Assembly (NCBI GenBank): GCA_001794125.1
Contig: MGJF01000001.1
Span: 1-54,022 of the forward strand
Direction of reading: 5' to 3'
Origin: Candidatus Yanofskybacteria bacterium RIFCSPHIGHO2_01_FULL_43_32
GTDB lineage: Bacteria; Patescibacteriota; Minisyncoccia; 2-02-FULL-40-12; GWA2-44-9
Length of the DNA stretch: 54,022 nt
Under the pieces are notes generated by a model. It had not been told where the DNA came from. It saw only the letters and a list, made by a program, of their open reading frames with translations, and did not search any database. Numbering within the stretch: the first letter of the stretch is position 1; every line of letters starts with the position of its first letter. Of this stretch, positions 19,301 to 28,169 are shown one piece after another. A program made the position numbers and the translations under genes.

Positions 19301-19994
19301 AAAAGGAAAGGCAATTGTTAATTTTTTGAACACATCTCCAAATGAAACGATTACGGCAGTAGTCCCGATTCCAAAAGAACAGAAAGGTGGATATTTGTTT
19401 ATGGCCACTGCCAACGGAGTAATTAAGAAGGTGGATGCTGATGCGTTTTCACAAGTGAGAAGCAACGGAATGATTGCAATTAAATTAAAAGGCAATGATG
19501 AGTTGGGGTGGGTCCTGTCTACTTCGGGTAATGACCAAGTAATGCTGGTTACTTCAGGAGGAAACGCTATCCGCTTTAAAGAAAAAGATGTCAGACCGAT
19601 GGGTAGAGGTGCTTCGGGTGTTATCGGTGTCCGTATGGATAAAGACGAAAAAGTTGTCGGAGCTGATGTTGTGCCATCAGGTGTTGAAAAAGGTTTGAAG
19701 ATATTGGCGGTAATGGGAAATGGTTATGGCAAAAGAACGGACCTTAAATTCTATAAGATTCAGGGCAGGGGCGGACGAGGAATTATGACCGCAAAGGTTA
19801 CGCCGAAAACAGGCAAGTTGGTCTCGGCTCACATCACCTCGGAAGAAAATAAGGAATTGATTGCTGTTTCCCGCAAAGGAGTTGTAATAAGAACTTCAAT
19901 TGAAAGCGTTTCCGTTCTCGGCCGAGCCACTCAAGGCGTCAGAATCATGCGAGTCGAATCCGGCGACGGCCTGGCCTCGGTGGTGGTGGTCTAG
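16395..19994 (+). CDS. gyrA: DNA gyrase subunit A, intein-containing
   Basis: RALPDVRDGLKPVHRR, YHPHGD, catalytic AAYRYTE, GyrA box QKRGGKG, beta-pinwheel repeats; start ATG 16395. Confidence 0.97.
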   Translation: MATEIKQREIVQEMQQAYLEYAMSVIVARALPDVRDGLKPVHRRILYSMHEMGLRPTAKTQKSAKVVGYVLGNYHPHGDTAAYDSMVRMAQDFSLRYPLVNGQGNFGCFTKDTKVKLTDGRDLNFRELIEEHKQGKKNYTYTVNSLELISIAEIKNPRLTRKNSEIIKVLLDNGEEIKCTPDHLFMLRNGSYKKAKDLQPKESLMPNYQKISEKTDSLNRDGYALVYQNKNGEWIPVHHLADNYNLTRGIYAKSVGRVRHHKDFNKLNNNPDNITRMSWGEHWKIHYTQASNQHKNPEYRKKIAEGRNGYWANPLNKAKKAEEISVRNIENWKNDAYREKMVKFLSDVNKKYIEDHPEKIKELSTRATETLKRLWQDPKYRVLFHEKIVKGNKNHTTNRTGKLKFLNICREVLNRQINLSEKHYEQLRKELYPYGKATQWETGLNKYFNGDSNLVFHEINKNHKVVRVEAISHKEDVYDLTIEGSHNFALAAGVFVHNSIDGDSAAAYRYTEARLAPISEQLLADIDKQTVNFTDNFDGTMQEPTVLPTRVPNLLINGSMGIAVGMATNIPPHNLTEVLDAMAYLIDNKEADLKDLTQFIKGPDFPTGGVIYNEKDIVSAYATGRGPIIMRGQADITENKKGYQIIVSEIPYQVNKSELIIKIADLVKEKKIEGIKDIRDESDKDGLRIAIDLKQDAFPKKVLNQIFKYTELQKAFHFNMLALVDGGTQPQILGLKGLLEKFIDHRHEVVTRRTKFELQKAKDRAHILEGLKKALDHIDEIIKIIRASDSKEDAFNNLIKKFKFSDKQATAILDMRLQALAGLERKKINDELKEKKDLIAYFEDLLASPKKVMGVIKEEFKEIREKYGDERRTKVVKSALREIGEDELMPEEDSLFMITHSGYIKRMQPEVLKSQKRGGKGLIGMATKEEDVVSQFFMANTHDSLLFFTNSGKVFQTKGYEVPESSRQSKGKAIVNFLNTSPNETITAVVPIPKEQKGGYLFMATANGVIKKVDADAFSQVRSNGMIAIKLKGNDELGWVLSTSGNDQVMLVTSGGNAIRFKEKDVRPMGRGASGVIGVRMDKDEKVVGADVVPSGVEKGLKILAVMGNGYGKRTDLKFYKIQGRGGRGIMTAKVTPKTGKLVSAHITSEENKELIAVSRKGVVIRTSIESVSVLGRATQGVRIMRVESGDGLASVVVV
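16716..17888 (+). mobile_element. Intein (391 aa) with HNH endonuclease domain
   Basis: GNFG|CFTKDTKV ... CTPDH ... VYDLTIEGSHNFALAAGVFVHN|SIDG; internal HHKDFNKLNNNPDNI HNH motif. Confidence 0.95.
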
Positions 19995-19997
19995 TTT

Positions 19998-20577
19998 TCG
20001 CTCAAACCAACCCATCTTTCCGCCTTTTCTCCCGCTTCCATCGCAACCTCTCTTCTATCACAACTCCGCAATGCGAACAAAATGGGGTCTCATTTCATAA
20101 ATATGCGAGAGCGCTCTGCTAATTCGCATATTTACTCATTCGACCCCTATTTTGTTTACCCCATTGCTGCGTGGAGTGCTATCAGAGAGATTGACGATGG
20201 GAGCTTAAATTATATCCCGGCCAAATCCCCGTCTGAATCACTCCTCGGAGCGATACGGTAACACAAAGAAGCTGACGGATGGAAAAATTGTCATTATAGC
20301 GAAGCGCTCATTCAGGTACCACACCAAGGAGCGAGACCCCGTTCCCATTTGAGGCCGTTTGGTTTCGCCAGGTAACACAAGACTAAAATTAACCGATAAT
20401 TTGCTTATTCAATAAATTTTAGCCGGAAAACCCCGCTCTTTCTTGAAGATTAGAAAGAACGGGGGCAAACGGTTGCTGAAATTTATTAAGCAAATTGAAA
20501 GTTAATTTTAGTATTTGTCTGGCGAAGATCCGGAGGACGTAACCAATAGGCCGACAAATGGGGATGGGGTTGAGCGA
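19998..20577 (+). ncRNA. Candidate large structured RNA with two long imperfect hairpins
   Basis: Stems 20034-20204 and 20336-20570 with repeated G.U pairs on the + strand; no convincing ORF. Confidence 0.5.
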
Positions 20578-20623
20578 CACTTTGTTTATAACTCCCTACC
20601 TCTTGTGTGCTAAAATATTAAAT

Positions 20624-21211
20624 ATGCAGGCAATGAATATGCCCGGTTCGGCTTTGCCGGACACAAAGGGAACAGGCGGTTTTATGAATCCCGACAAAAT
20701 AGCCGGCGGGTTTGGAATTAAAGAAGGAATGTCGATTGCCGACTTCGGTTCAGGAGCGGGTTATTTTACCATTTTACTGGGTCAGAAAGTCGGACTCAGC
20801 GGAAAAGTTTATGCGTTAGATATTCAGGAATCAGCTCTGGATAACGTCAGGGTCAAAGCAAAAGCGGCCGGATTGGATAACGTTGAAATGATCAGAAGCA
20901 ATCTTGAAGTTTTGGGCAGTTCCGGTTTGACGGACAACTCGCAGGACATGGTCCTTCTTGCCAATATTCTTTTTCAGTCAGACAAGAAAGGAGAAATAAT
21001 CAAAGAAGCCGTCAGGGTTTTAAAGAGCGGGGGAACTTTGGTTGTGATTGACTGGAAAAAAGCGGCCGGCCAAGGCGGATTCGGACCGCCAGATGATTTA
21101 AGAACAGATGAGACAGTAATGCGTTCTTTGGCGCTTAGAGAGGGATTGGTTTTTGAGAACGAAATTGACGCCGGACAGTTTCACTACGGCATGAAATTCA
21201 AGAAGGGATGA
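20624..21211 (+). CDS. Class I SAM-dependent methyltransferase
   Basis: IADFGSGAGYF, VYALDI, LKSGGTLVVIDW; start ATG 20624 lies 7 nt after TGcTAAAAT. Confidence 0.9.
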   Translation: MQAMNMPGSALPDTKGTGGFMNPDKIAGGFGIKEGMSIADFGSGAGYFTILLGQKVGLSGKVYALDIQESALDNVRVKAKAAGLDNVEMIRSNLEVLGSSGLTDNSQDMVLLANILFQSDKKGEIIKEAVRVLKSGGTLVVIDWKKAAGQGGFGPPDDLRTDETVMRSLALREGLVFENEIDAGQFHYGMKFKKG

Positions 21212-22518
21212 ACACAAACAAAATTTATTATATTTTAGTCGGCTCGATAGCTATTGCCGTTTTTCTGACGGTCATCTTGATTTTAAGAGGCATCGGAGGA
21301 GGCACGACTCAATCCGCGGCTCTTCAGTTTTGGGGGGTTTTCGATGACAGGAGCGCTTTTGATAAAGTTATTAATGATTTTCAGGCGCAGAATCCGGGAA
21401 TCAAAGTTTTGTACCAGATGTTTTCCTACGAAGAATATGAGAAGAGGCTGATTGACGCTTTGGCGGCAGGAGCGGGACCTGATATTGTCATGGTTCATAA
21501 TACCTGGCTGCCCAAGCACGGCGACAAGCTGAAAGCTCTTCCCGCTACGATTCCCGGACTCAAACAGCCCTTGTTGACCGTTCAGGACTACAGGGCCAAT
21601 TTTGTTGATGTGGCTTTTAACGATTTTGTTTTTAATAATCAGATTTACGCTCTTCCGTTATATGTGGATACGCTGGCCCTGTTTTACAATAAAGATATTT
21701 TAAACAGCGCCGGCATCAGCCGTCCGCCGCAGAATTGGGAAGAATTTAATTCCGATGTGGAGACGATAACCCGGCTGGATGGCAGCGGTCAGATCGTTCA
21801 ATCCGGGGCGGCTATCGGCACGGCCAGAAATATAAACCGCTCAACGGATCTTTTATCGGCGTTTATGATCCAGACGGGAACGCAGATGACCGATGCCGAT
21901 AACAGGAGCGCCTCATTTGCCGGCCGGGTCAATAATATTCCGGTTGGAGAAACTGCCTTGAAATATTACACCGATTTCGCGAATCCTTCGGTAAGGACTT
22001 ACACCTGGAATGATATTCAACACTATTCCGTGGATGCTTTTACGGGAGGTAAAACCGCGATGATGTTTAATTATTCTCATAAGGTGGGGGAACTTAAAAA
22101 CAAATCACCGCGCCTTAACTTTGCCGTGGCATCCATGCCTCAAGTGTCAAGTATTGATATTAAGAACTACGCAAATTATTGGGGCGCCGGTGTTACTGCA
22201 AATTCTAAATTTCCGAATGAGGCCTGGAAGTTTGTCGCTTATCTTGCTTCCAAGGAAGGTGCTCAAAGTTATTTAAGCGCGACTCTCCGTCCTTCGGCCC
22301 GCAGGGATTTGATTGAACTTCAGAGAAATGATTTGGACCTCGGAGTTTTTGCGGTGCAGGCCCTCTCCGCCCGTTCCTGGTATCAGATAGATAATACCGC
22401 CATAGAAAGTATTTTTGCCGACATGATAGACGATGTTAATTTTCACAGGTCTTCGGTCAAAGATTCCATAGAAAATGCCGAATCGCGGATAAGCGTTTTA
22501 ATGTCCCGCAGACGATGA
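21208..22518 (+). CDS. Membrane-anchored extracellular solute-binding protein (sugar ABC type)
   Basis: N-terminal TM; AAGAGPDI, YALPLYVDTLALFYNKD, PQNWEEF, AWKFVAYL. Confidence 0.9.
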   Translation: MNTNKIYYILVGSIAIAVFLTVILILRGIGGGTTQSAALQFWGVFDDRSAFDKVINDFQAQNPGIKVLYQMFSYEEYEKRLIDALAAGAGPDIVMVHNTWLPKHGDKLKALPATIPGLKQPLLTVQDYRANFVDVAFNDFVFNNQIYALPLYVDTLALFYNKDILNSAGISRPPQNWEEFNSDVETITRLDGSGQIVQSGAAIGTARNINRSTDLLSAFMIQTGTQMTDADNRSASFAGRVNNIPVGETALKYYTDFANPSVRTYTWNDIQHYSVDAFTGGKTAMMFNYSHKVGELKNKSPRLNFAVASMPQVSSIDIKNYANYWGAGVTANSKFPNEAWKFVAYLASKEGAQSYLSATLRPSARRDLIELQRNDLDLGVFAVQALSARSWYQIDNTAIESIFADMIDDVNFHRSSVKDSIENAESRISVLMSRRR

Positions 22519-23423
22519 GAAAAAAAATTCTGATCGGAATTTTATCTGTTATTTTATTTGTGACATTAAGTCAGACGGTTTTAGCCGTTTCATGGTTGCC
22601 GTTAGTTCCATGCGGGATGACTAATGATAATCCGGATACTCCCCAAGATGAAAGAAAACCTTGTAACCGATGCGACCTTTTTCGTCTCGCAAAAAATATA
22701 ATTGATTTTGTTTTAATTGTAATAATGCCTGCTACTGCATTTTTATTTTTTATTTATGCCGGATTTTTGATTTTATCCAGCGCCGGAAACCCTGGGCGGG
22801 TTTCTCAAGGCAGAACCATTTTTTTCAATACGGCCATCGGAGTTGCCATCATTTCAGCTTCATGGCTGATAACAAATACGATAATAAGGAGCGTGGCCGC
22901 CGATAATGTCGCCCCCGAATGGTGGAAATTTGAGTGCCGGGTGACAACAGCCGGGCCGTCGGCGCCGGTGCCTCCAGTGCCAGCGCCAATTTTGTGTTCA
23001 CAGCCCGCCCAATTGGCCGCAAGCAATAATGAGCCGTATCCGAGAAAAAATGCGCCGGAACTTGATAGCTTGATAAGTTGTATCCAGTCGAAGTTGCCCG
23101 GCCAGAATCTTGGCAGTCAGTACACTTTTGATAACAGTTTTGAATTATGCAATTATACAAGAGGCCAGAAGACCTGCACTTCATCTTGTTCTCACGCGGT
23201 AAATTCTTGCCATTATGGAGGCAGAACGGGCGGTCAGGGAGCGTTGGCGGTGGATTTCGGAAATGAACTTATCGGCGCTAATATTATCCAAGCGGCCGTT
23301 GCGTGCGGAACGCCGAGCGGAAAAGCCCGCTGTGAAAATGCCGCCGGAGCGAATGTTGGTTGCGCGCCGGGTTCCGGAGCAACCCATGTTCACGTAAGCG
23401 CGGCAAGCTGTGATGCAAACTAA
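22515..23423 (+). CDS. VirB2/TrbC-like pilin with Cys-rich C-terminal putative Zn-peptidase domain
   Basis: LVPCG...PCNRCDLF, IYAGFLILSSAGNP pilin core; SCHYGG...AVDFG...HVHVS. Confidence 0.75.
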   Translation: MRKKILIGILSVILFVTLSQTVLAVSWLPLVPCGMTNDNPDTPQDERKPCNRCDLFRLAKNIIDFVLIVIMPATAFLFFIYAGFLILSSAGNPGRVSQGRTIFFNTAIGVAIISASWLITNTIIRSVAADNVAPEWWKFECRVTTAGPSAPVPPVPAPILCSQPAQLAASNNEPYPRKNAPELDSLISCIQSKLPGQNLGSQYTFDNSFELCNYTRGQKTCTSSCSHAVNSCHYGGRTGGQGALAVDFGNELIGANIIQAAVACGTPSGKARCENAAGANVGCAPGSGATHVHVSAASCDAN

Positions 23424-24084
23424 ATTCATAAAAATTTCAGCGATAATTATCACCCTTTCTTTTTTCTTGGCCGGTCTTGTTTTTGCCCAAGAAGACAGGA
23501 GTCCGTTGGACAGCAGTTATCTTTTTCACCTATATTACGATAACGGCCAGCTGGTTGCCGACAGGGAAGTCCAGTTCAAATATGATGTAGTTCCGGAAAT
23601 TTTTGTTCCCGAAACTCTAAATACCCAATTTCCGTATAAAGGCGAGGTTATAAATTTAAAGGATGAAATTGCCAAGACATTCCAGTTTGACCCCCGAAAG
23701 GGCGACCCCAAATTTTTGAAAGGAAAACTTTCTGTAAAAGCGCCGTATGTTCCGGACGGCCAAAAAGTTAATTTCTATGACGGGCAGGGAAATCAGCTCC
23801 TTTCAATTTTTGTCAGCGAGAGTTCTTTCTGCAATGATGACGGTATCTGCAATCCTGATGTCGGAGAAGATACTAAAACCTGCCCGAGTGACTGCAAACA
23901 GGCTTTGCCTGTTCCGGCAGCATCTCCCGACGTTCCGTCCGCCGGCGGGGTATCGGGGATGGTAAAAGGCGTTATTTATCTTATAATTGGAGTGGTCGTT
24001 ATCGGAGGGTTTTGGTACTGGTTAAAGAAAAGGAACCGGTCAACTTTTCCGATGCCGCCCTTGCCACCCGATACCCATGTATAA
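23413..24084 (+). CDS. Surface protein with signal peptide, Cys motif and C-terminal TM anchor
   Basis: CNDDGICNPDVGEDTKTCPSDC; TM helix followed by KKRNR. Confidence 0.75.
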   Translation: MQTKFIKISAIIITLSFFLAGLVFAQEDRSPLDSSYLFHLYYDNGQLVADREVQFKYDVVPEIFVPETLNTQFPYKGEVINLKDEIAKTFQFDPRKGDPKFLKGKLSVKAPYVPDGQKVNFYDGQGNQLLSIFVSESSFCNDDGICNPDVGEDTKTCPSDCKQALPVPAASPDVPSAGGVSGMVKGVIYLIIGVVVIGGFWYWLKKRNRSTFPMPPLPPDTHV

Positions 24085-25099
24085 AATGTATAAAAAATTA
24101 TTTTTGTCGGTATTTTTGATCACGGGGATTTTCTTGATTGGCAAAAATATTTTTGCCGCGGGCGAGATTAACATAGACAGCTTTGATCTTAATCCAAAGA
24201 CCGTAGTCAACAATACCGGCGGCACCCAGTTCCAGATGACATTCAGGGCAACCGTGGATGTTGCCAAATTTAACGCGCGGTGCGGGAGCGATGCCGATAG
24301 CTTTTACTGGTATGTATATCGGGATGTTACGGGCGTGGATCTTAAAAGAGGTTCCGGCGAGGTGGCTGTCAGTCGCACTGCAGCGTTTTTAAATTTAAAC
24401 TTTGATCAAACAATCAGTATTGATACGACGGATCCGGATTTGATTAATGGGGGCACTGCCCGGTATTACGGACAAGTGAACTGTCCGAGTATGGTCTCGA
24501 TTCAAATTGCCAGATCTGCCGGTGTTCCGATAACTTTTGGCTCTGTAACCAATAAAAGTTATGCTTGTGTGGCCAATAACAATAAATATGCCTGCAGTCC
24601 GGCTAATCTGACTAATTGTTCCGATGTGTCAGCCTGCTCCGGCAGGCCCTGTGTTCAGATAGGGACAAGTCTTTGCGGCCAAGATGCCGGAGCCGCCGCC
24701 GCGCCGAAATATGGTTGCAACTCATCTAATCAGTGTGTAGCGGATGTGAATGGCATATATAGCACTTCTAATTGTGACAATAAATGCGGCGGCTCAGGCG
24801 GCACAACTCAACGGTATTCTTTTGAAATCCCCAATCCGTTAAAGGGCGGGGCGAGCGACTTTACCAGTTTGGTCAAAATCATCGCCCAGTGGATATTTAA
24901 CTTAGCAATTCCCATTGCAGTTGCTATGATTGTCTATGCCGGAATATTATTTTTGACCGCCCAAGGAGAACCGGCAAAAGTCGCCAAGGCAAAAGAGGTT
25001 TTGAAATATGCCATAATCGGCCTTGCGATAATTCTGATAGGAAGCGGATTCATCACTTTGATACAAAGTATTCTGGAACTGGGTTCCGGCAGCCAATAA
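24077..25099 (+). CDS. Pilin-like protein with Cys-rich N-terminal passenger and C-terminal VirB2-like core
   Basis: IPNPL...IVYAGILFLTAQGEPAKVAKAKEVLKYAIIGLAIIL. Confidence 0.8.
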   Translation: MYKMYKKLFLSVFLITGIFLIGKNIFAAGEINIDSFDLNPKTVVNNTGGTQFQMTFRATVDVAKFNARCGSDADSFYWYVYRDVTGVDLKRGSGEVAVSRTAAFLNLNFDQTISIDTTDPDLINGGTARYYGQVNCPSMVSIQIARSAGVPITFGSVTNKSYACVANNNKYACSPANLTNCSDVSACSGRPCVQIGTSLCGQDAGAAAAPKYGCNSSNQCVADVNGIYSTSNCDNKCGGSGGTTQRYSFEIPNPLKGGASDFTSLVKIIAQWIFNLAIPIAVAMIVYAGILFLTAQGEPAKVAKAKEVLKYAIIGLAIILIGSGFITLIQSILELGSGSQ

Positions 25100-25101
25100 T
25101 T

Positions 25102-25464
25102 ATGACAAATAAATTAAAAAATTTGGGATTTGGCATGTTTATTAATATAGCTAAAGCCGCCGACGGCGGATACCAAGGTGTCAATTTAACTATCCAGAGC
25201 GTTTTTGGCATAATTACCGGATTGGCCTGCTGGTTTACTAGATTTGCCCTTATTCTCATGGTCGTCTATATAGTATTTTATGGAATTAAATTCATGATGG
25301 CCCAAGGGAATGAGACTAAGTTCGGCGAAGCTAAAAAATCGTTTACGTGGGGGTTGGTCGGGGTCTTGGTAATACTCGGCACTTATACTATTATTGCCAC
25401 CGTCGCCAACGGACTGGGAGCGGACTATACTTTAATTGTTCCGTTGCGCTGCGGTTCTTACTAA
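25102..25464 (+). CDS. VirB2/TrbC-like pilin
   Basis: IVFYGIKFMMAQGNETKFGEAKKSFTWGLVGVLVIL. Confidence 0.8.
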   Translation: MTNKLKNLGFGMFINIAKAADGGYQGVNLTIQSVFGIITGLACWFTRFALILMVVYIVFYGIKFMMAQGNETKFGEAKKSFTWGLVGVLVILGTYTIIATVANGLGADYTLIVPLRCGSY

Positions 25465-25465
25465 C

Positions 25466-25852
25466 ATGAAAACTATTTCAAAAATTTTATTTATAGCACT
25501 TCTTTTATTAGCCATAGCTCATACGGGCTGGGCCAGTCAACTGGCCGACTTGCCACCGGGCCAGCCGATCACGTTACCAGAGGTTGATAGTTTAATCAGC
25601 CAAGTAGCCCAATTTCTGCTGGTGGTAAGCGTTTTAATTGCGGTAATTATGATTGTCTGGAGCGGCATTACTTACATGTATGCCGGAGCTGATGCCACTA
25701 AAGTTACCGCAGCCCAGGGAAGATTTAAAAGCGCGGTAATCGGAGCGGCGATAGTTTTGGGTGTCGGAGTGATTATTCAGACAATAGCGGGGATAGTAAC
25801 CAGAGATTTTTTCTGCCAGTTCCAGCTTTTGGGGGTCTGTATTATTAGATAG
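25466..25852 (+). CDS. VirB2/TrbC-like pilin
   Basis: Start MKTISK at 25466; IVWSGITYMYAGADATKVTAAQGRFKSAVIGAAIVL. Confidence 0.8.
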   Translation: MKTISKILFIALLLLAIAHTGWASQLADLPPGQPITLPEVDSLISQVAQFLLVVSVLIAVIMIVWSGITYMYAGADATKVTAAQGRFKSAVIGAAIVLGVGVIIQTIAGIVTRDFFCQFQLLGVCIIR

Positions 25853-25926
25853 AGATTAGGTATAATTAAATGATTAATATTCGCCGTCGCTAAAAGCCAT
25901 GGCGGACAATGAATGGAGGTGGATTT

Positions 25927-26295
25927 ATGAATAAAATACAAAAGATAGGATATATTTCCATGACTGCGCTGGTTTTGTTGGTGCCGGTTTTAGCTTTAGC
26001 GGCATTGCCGAATCCGGATGTCCCGTTGCAGGGAGGAGCAGTTACCCTTGCTGAAATACAAGACAGAATAACCCAGATAGCAAGATTCTTGATTCTTGTC
26101 GGAGTTGTCTTAGCTGTCATATTCATTATTTGGGGAGGCATCGCTTATATGTTTGCGGGCGGAGCGGAAGAGAAAACCACGGCCGCAAAAGACAGGATCA
26201 AGAACGGAATAATCGGCGCCGCGGTAGTTTTGGCAGTCGGAGTTATTTTACAGACGGTTGCCGGTTTGATCGCAAGGTCATTCTTCAACGTGTAG
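25927..26295 (+). CDS. VirB2/TrbC-like pilin, probable major subunit
   Basis: SD ggaggt; TATAAT at 25861; IIWGGIAYMFAGGAEEKTTAAKDRIKNGIIGAAVVL. Confidence 0.82.
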   Translation: MNKIQKIGYISMTALVLLVPVLALAALPNPDVPLQGGAVTLAEIQDRITQIARFLILVGVVLAVIFIIWGGIAYMFAGGAEEKTTAAKDRIKNGIIGAAVVLAVGVILQTVAGLIARSFFNV

Positions 26296-26320
26296 TATTA
26301 TCAAGAATTTAGACATGTCT

Positions 26321-26350
26321 GAAAAACCAACCCGAACGGGTTGGTTTTTC
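26321..26350 (+). terminator. Terminator of the pilin array
   Basis: gaaaaaccaacccg-aa-cgggttggtttttc. Confidence 0.75.
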
Positions 26351-26435
26351 GTTCTCGGATAAGTTTCTAACAGTGCTTTAGCCCGTTAAGAATTTCTATT
26401 GAAAAAAGATGAAAAAATGGTAAAATAATAACTAT

Positions 26436-26522
26436 GCCGAGGTGGAGAAACTGGCAGACTCATCAGCCTTAGGAGCTGATGCTCGCAAGGGCGTGTGGGT
26501 TCAAATCCCACCCTCGGCACCA
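26436..26522 (+). tRNA. tRNA-Leu(TAG)
   Basis: tcagc-ctTAGga-gctga; long variable arm; CCA encoded. Confidence 0.95.
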
Positions 26523-26531
26523 ATACAGAAT

Positions 26532-26559
26532 TCAACGGCTCACACATGTGAGCCGTTGA
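26532..26559. repeat. REP-like palindrome, family B copy 2 (terminator position)
   Basis: tcaacggctcaca-ca-tgtgagccgttga between convergent tRNA-Leu and vanW-like gene. Confidence 0.8.
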
Positions 26560-27738
26560 TTATTCCAACGGATTTCTGGCTTGAGCGAAAGGCGGCTGGT
26601 AGTTGGAATCAAAACGTTCGTCTTTTTTCTCGCCGTTGGCATATGTGACGGTCCTGACGAAGTAAGCTTTCATGGACCCGTTGTCCTTTTGATCATATTG
26701 ATGAGGACCGTCTATCACTGCCTGTCTTTCATCGCTGGAACCGTAGAGTTCAACGATTAATTTGGTGCCTTCTTTCCTGATTTGCAGCAGGATGTGTCCT
26801 TTCGTGTCGTTAATGAATTTTAAATCAGAAACCCCGGGATAAATAGTAGCGTCAAATCCTTGCGGACTATAATATTTTACGGGAAAGGAATGCGGCCGCC
26901 TTTCTGTAATAGAAAGCCCGGCTAAAACAGCGGCCCTGAAAACGGTTGTTGAAATCTGACAGAGACCGCCCCCGTATTCCGGTATGGTTTGTCCGCCTTT
27001 TATTACCATTTCCGGTTGATATCCCGTCTTTTCATCCACACTTCCCAGAATATTGTTGAAAGAAAACTCTTCTCCGGGCTTTATGATGGTACCATTGAAT
27101 TTAGAAGCGCCGGTCTTAATGTTGTGGATTCTTGCGTCGCTTGAGCCGTGAAAGTCGGATTCGCCTTTTGCCAGCAGGGTTTTTATGCCAAGATTATTTG
27201 CCTTTTCCAGAGTAATCTCCGGTTCTATGATATCTACGGTCAGCTGGGCCGAAGTCTTGTTTTCACGAAGAGCGTTAATTATAGCCGTAGCGGACTTGGC
27301 AATATTGAATTTTTTGCCCTGGACCGATTGGCTGAACACAGCCGCTTTATTATCGCCTCCGAATTCAAATTTAGCGTCAACCGGTTCGATGTTGGTGGCC
27401 GCAGCCAGCCGAATCAGATAATCGCTAAACTTGGAAGAGACCCGCAAATCTTGTTTGCCCGAGTAAGCTCTTGTATATGATTCTATCCAGCCTTTCAACT
27501 CATCGCTTCTTACCGTTATTTTGCCGCCGGCGGTATCCAGTTCCAGATCCTTTTGGGCGGAAGCGTTAAGAATCGACGCAAAATTTTTCAACGGAACCTT
27601 GGGACTGAACGCCGAAACGGTATATAGATAGAACCGGAATCCAAAATTAAATCCGATCAGGACAATAACGCCGATTATGGTCAGTCGGTAAATTAAAACC
27701 CTGAATTCTTTAGGGCCTATATAAACTAACTTGAACAT
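26560..27738 (-). CDS. VanW-family protein
   Basis: RIHNI, IKPGEEFSFN, GGGLCQISTTVF, ERRPHS, GFDATIY, DLKFINDT. Confidence 0.9.
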   Translation of the reverse strand: MFKLVYIGPKEFRVLIYRLTIIGVIVLIGFNFGFRFYLYTVSAFSPKVPLKNFASILNASAQKDLELDTAGGKITVRSDELKGWIESYTRAYSGKQDLRVSSKFSDYLIRLAAATNIEPVDAKFEFGGDNKAAVFSQSVQGKKFNIAKSATAIINALRENKTSAQLTVDIIEPEITLEKANNLGIKTLLAKGESDFHGSSDARIHNIKTGASKFNGTIIKPGEEFSFNNILGSVDEKTGYQPEMVIKGGQTIPEYGGGLCQISTTVFRAAVLAGLSITERRPHSFPVKYYSPQGFDATIYPGVSDLKFINDTKGHILLQIRKEGTKLIVELYGSSDERQAVIDGPHQYDQKDNGSMKAYFVRTVTYANGEKKDERFDSNYQPPFAQARNPLE

Positions 27739-27759
27739 TGATTAAACGATTAGATAATC

Positions 27760-28161
27760 CTACGAGACTTTTATCTTTTTTGTCCTGATCCTGTCAAGTT
27801 TTGGAAGACGGATGGTGAGAATCCCATTCTTTATAGATGCTTTTGCGTTATCAGCATCAACGTCAACCGGCAGTATGATGGATCTTGAGAATGGTCCCCA
27901 GTATAATTCTTGATAATAATAATTCGAAGGCCCGATCTTCTGTTCGGGCGCGCGCGCGCCTTTTATGGTTACCATGTCGTTGGTAACGGAGATGTCCAAA
28001 TCCTTGTCGCTGACCCCGGCGATAGTGGACTGAATAACCACATCATCTTCGGTCTGAAAGACGTCAATCGTAAGCTGGCCCTCGCTTTCTTGTCTGGGCT
28101 CTTTTTTGGCCGAAGTCAGTTTAACTTCCAAATTGTCGTTGTCGTCGAAGTAGTCTTCCAT
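27760..28161 (-). CDS. Hsp20/alpha-crystallin small heat-shock protein
   Basis: IDVFQT, FSRSIILP, ASIKNGILTIRLPK. Confidence 0.93.
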   Translation of the reverse strand: MEDYFDDNDNLEVKLTSAKKEPRQESEGQLTIDVFQTEDDVVIQSTIAGVSDKDLDISVTNDMVTIKGARAPEQKIGPSNYYYQELYWGPFSRSIILPVDVDADNAKASIKNGILTIRLPKLDRIRTKKIKVS

Positions 28162-28169
28162 AGATGACT

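Noticed and set aside
19998-20577. RNase P RNA, SRP RNA or self-splicing intron identity
   Set aside because: No GAGGAAAGUC P4 motif, no SRP domain IV motif, and no recognisable group I/II core by eye.
26442-26648. Short ORFs overlapping tRNA genes (also 3902-4102, 4609-4910, 32784-33065)
   Set aside because: Incidental translations of tRNA or antisense sequence.
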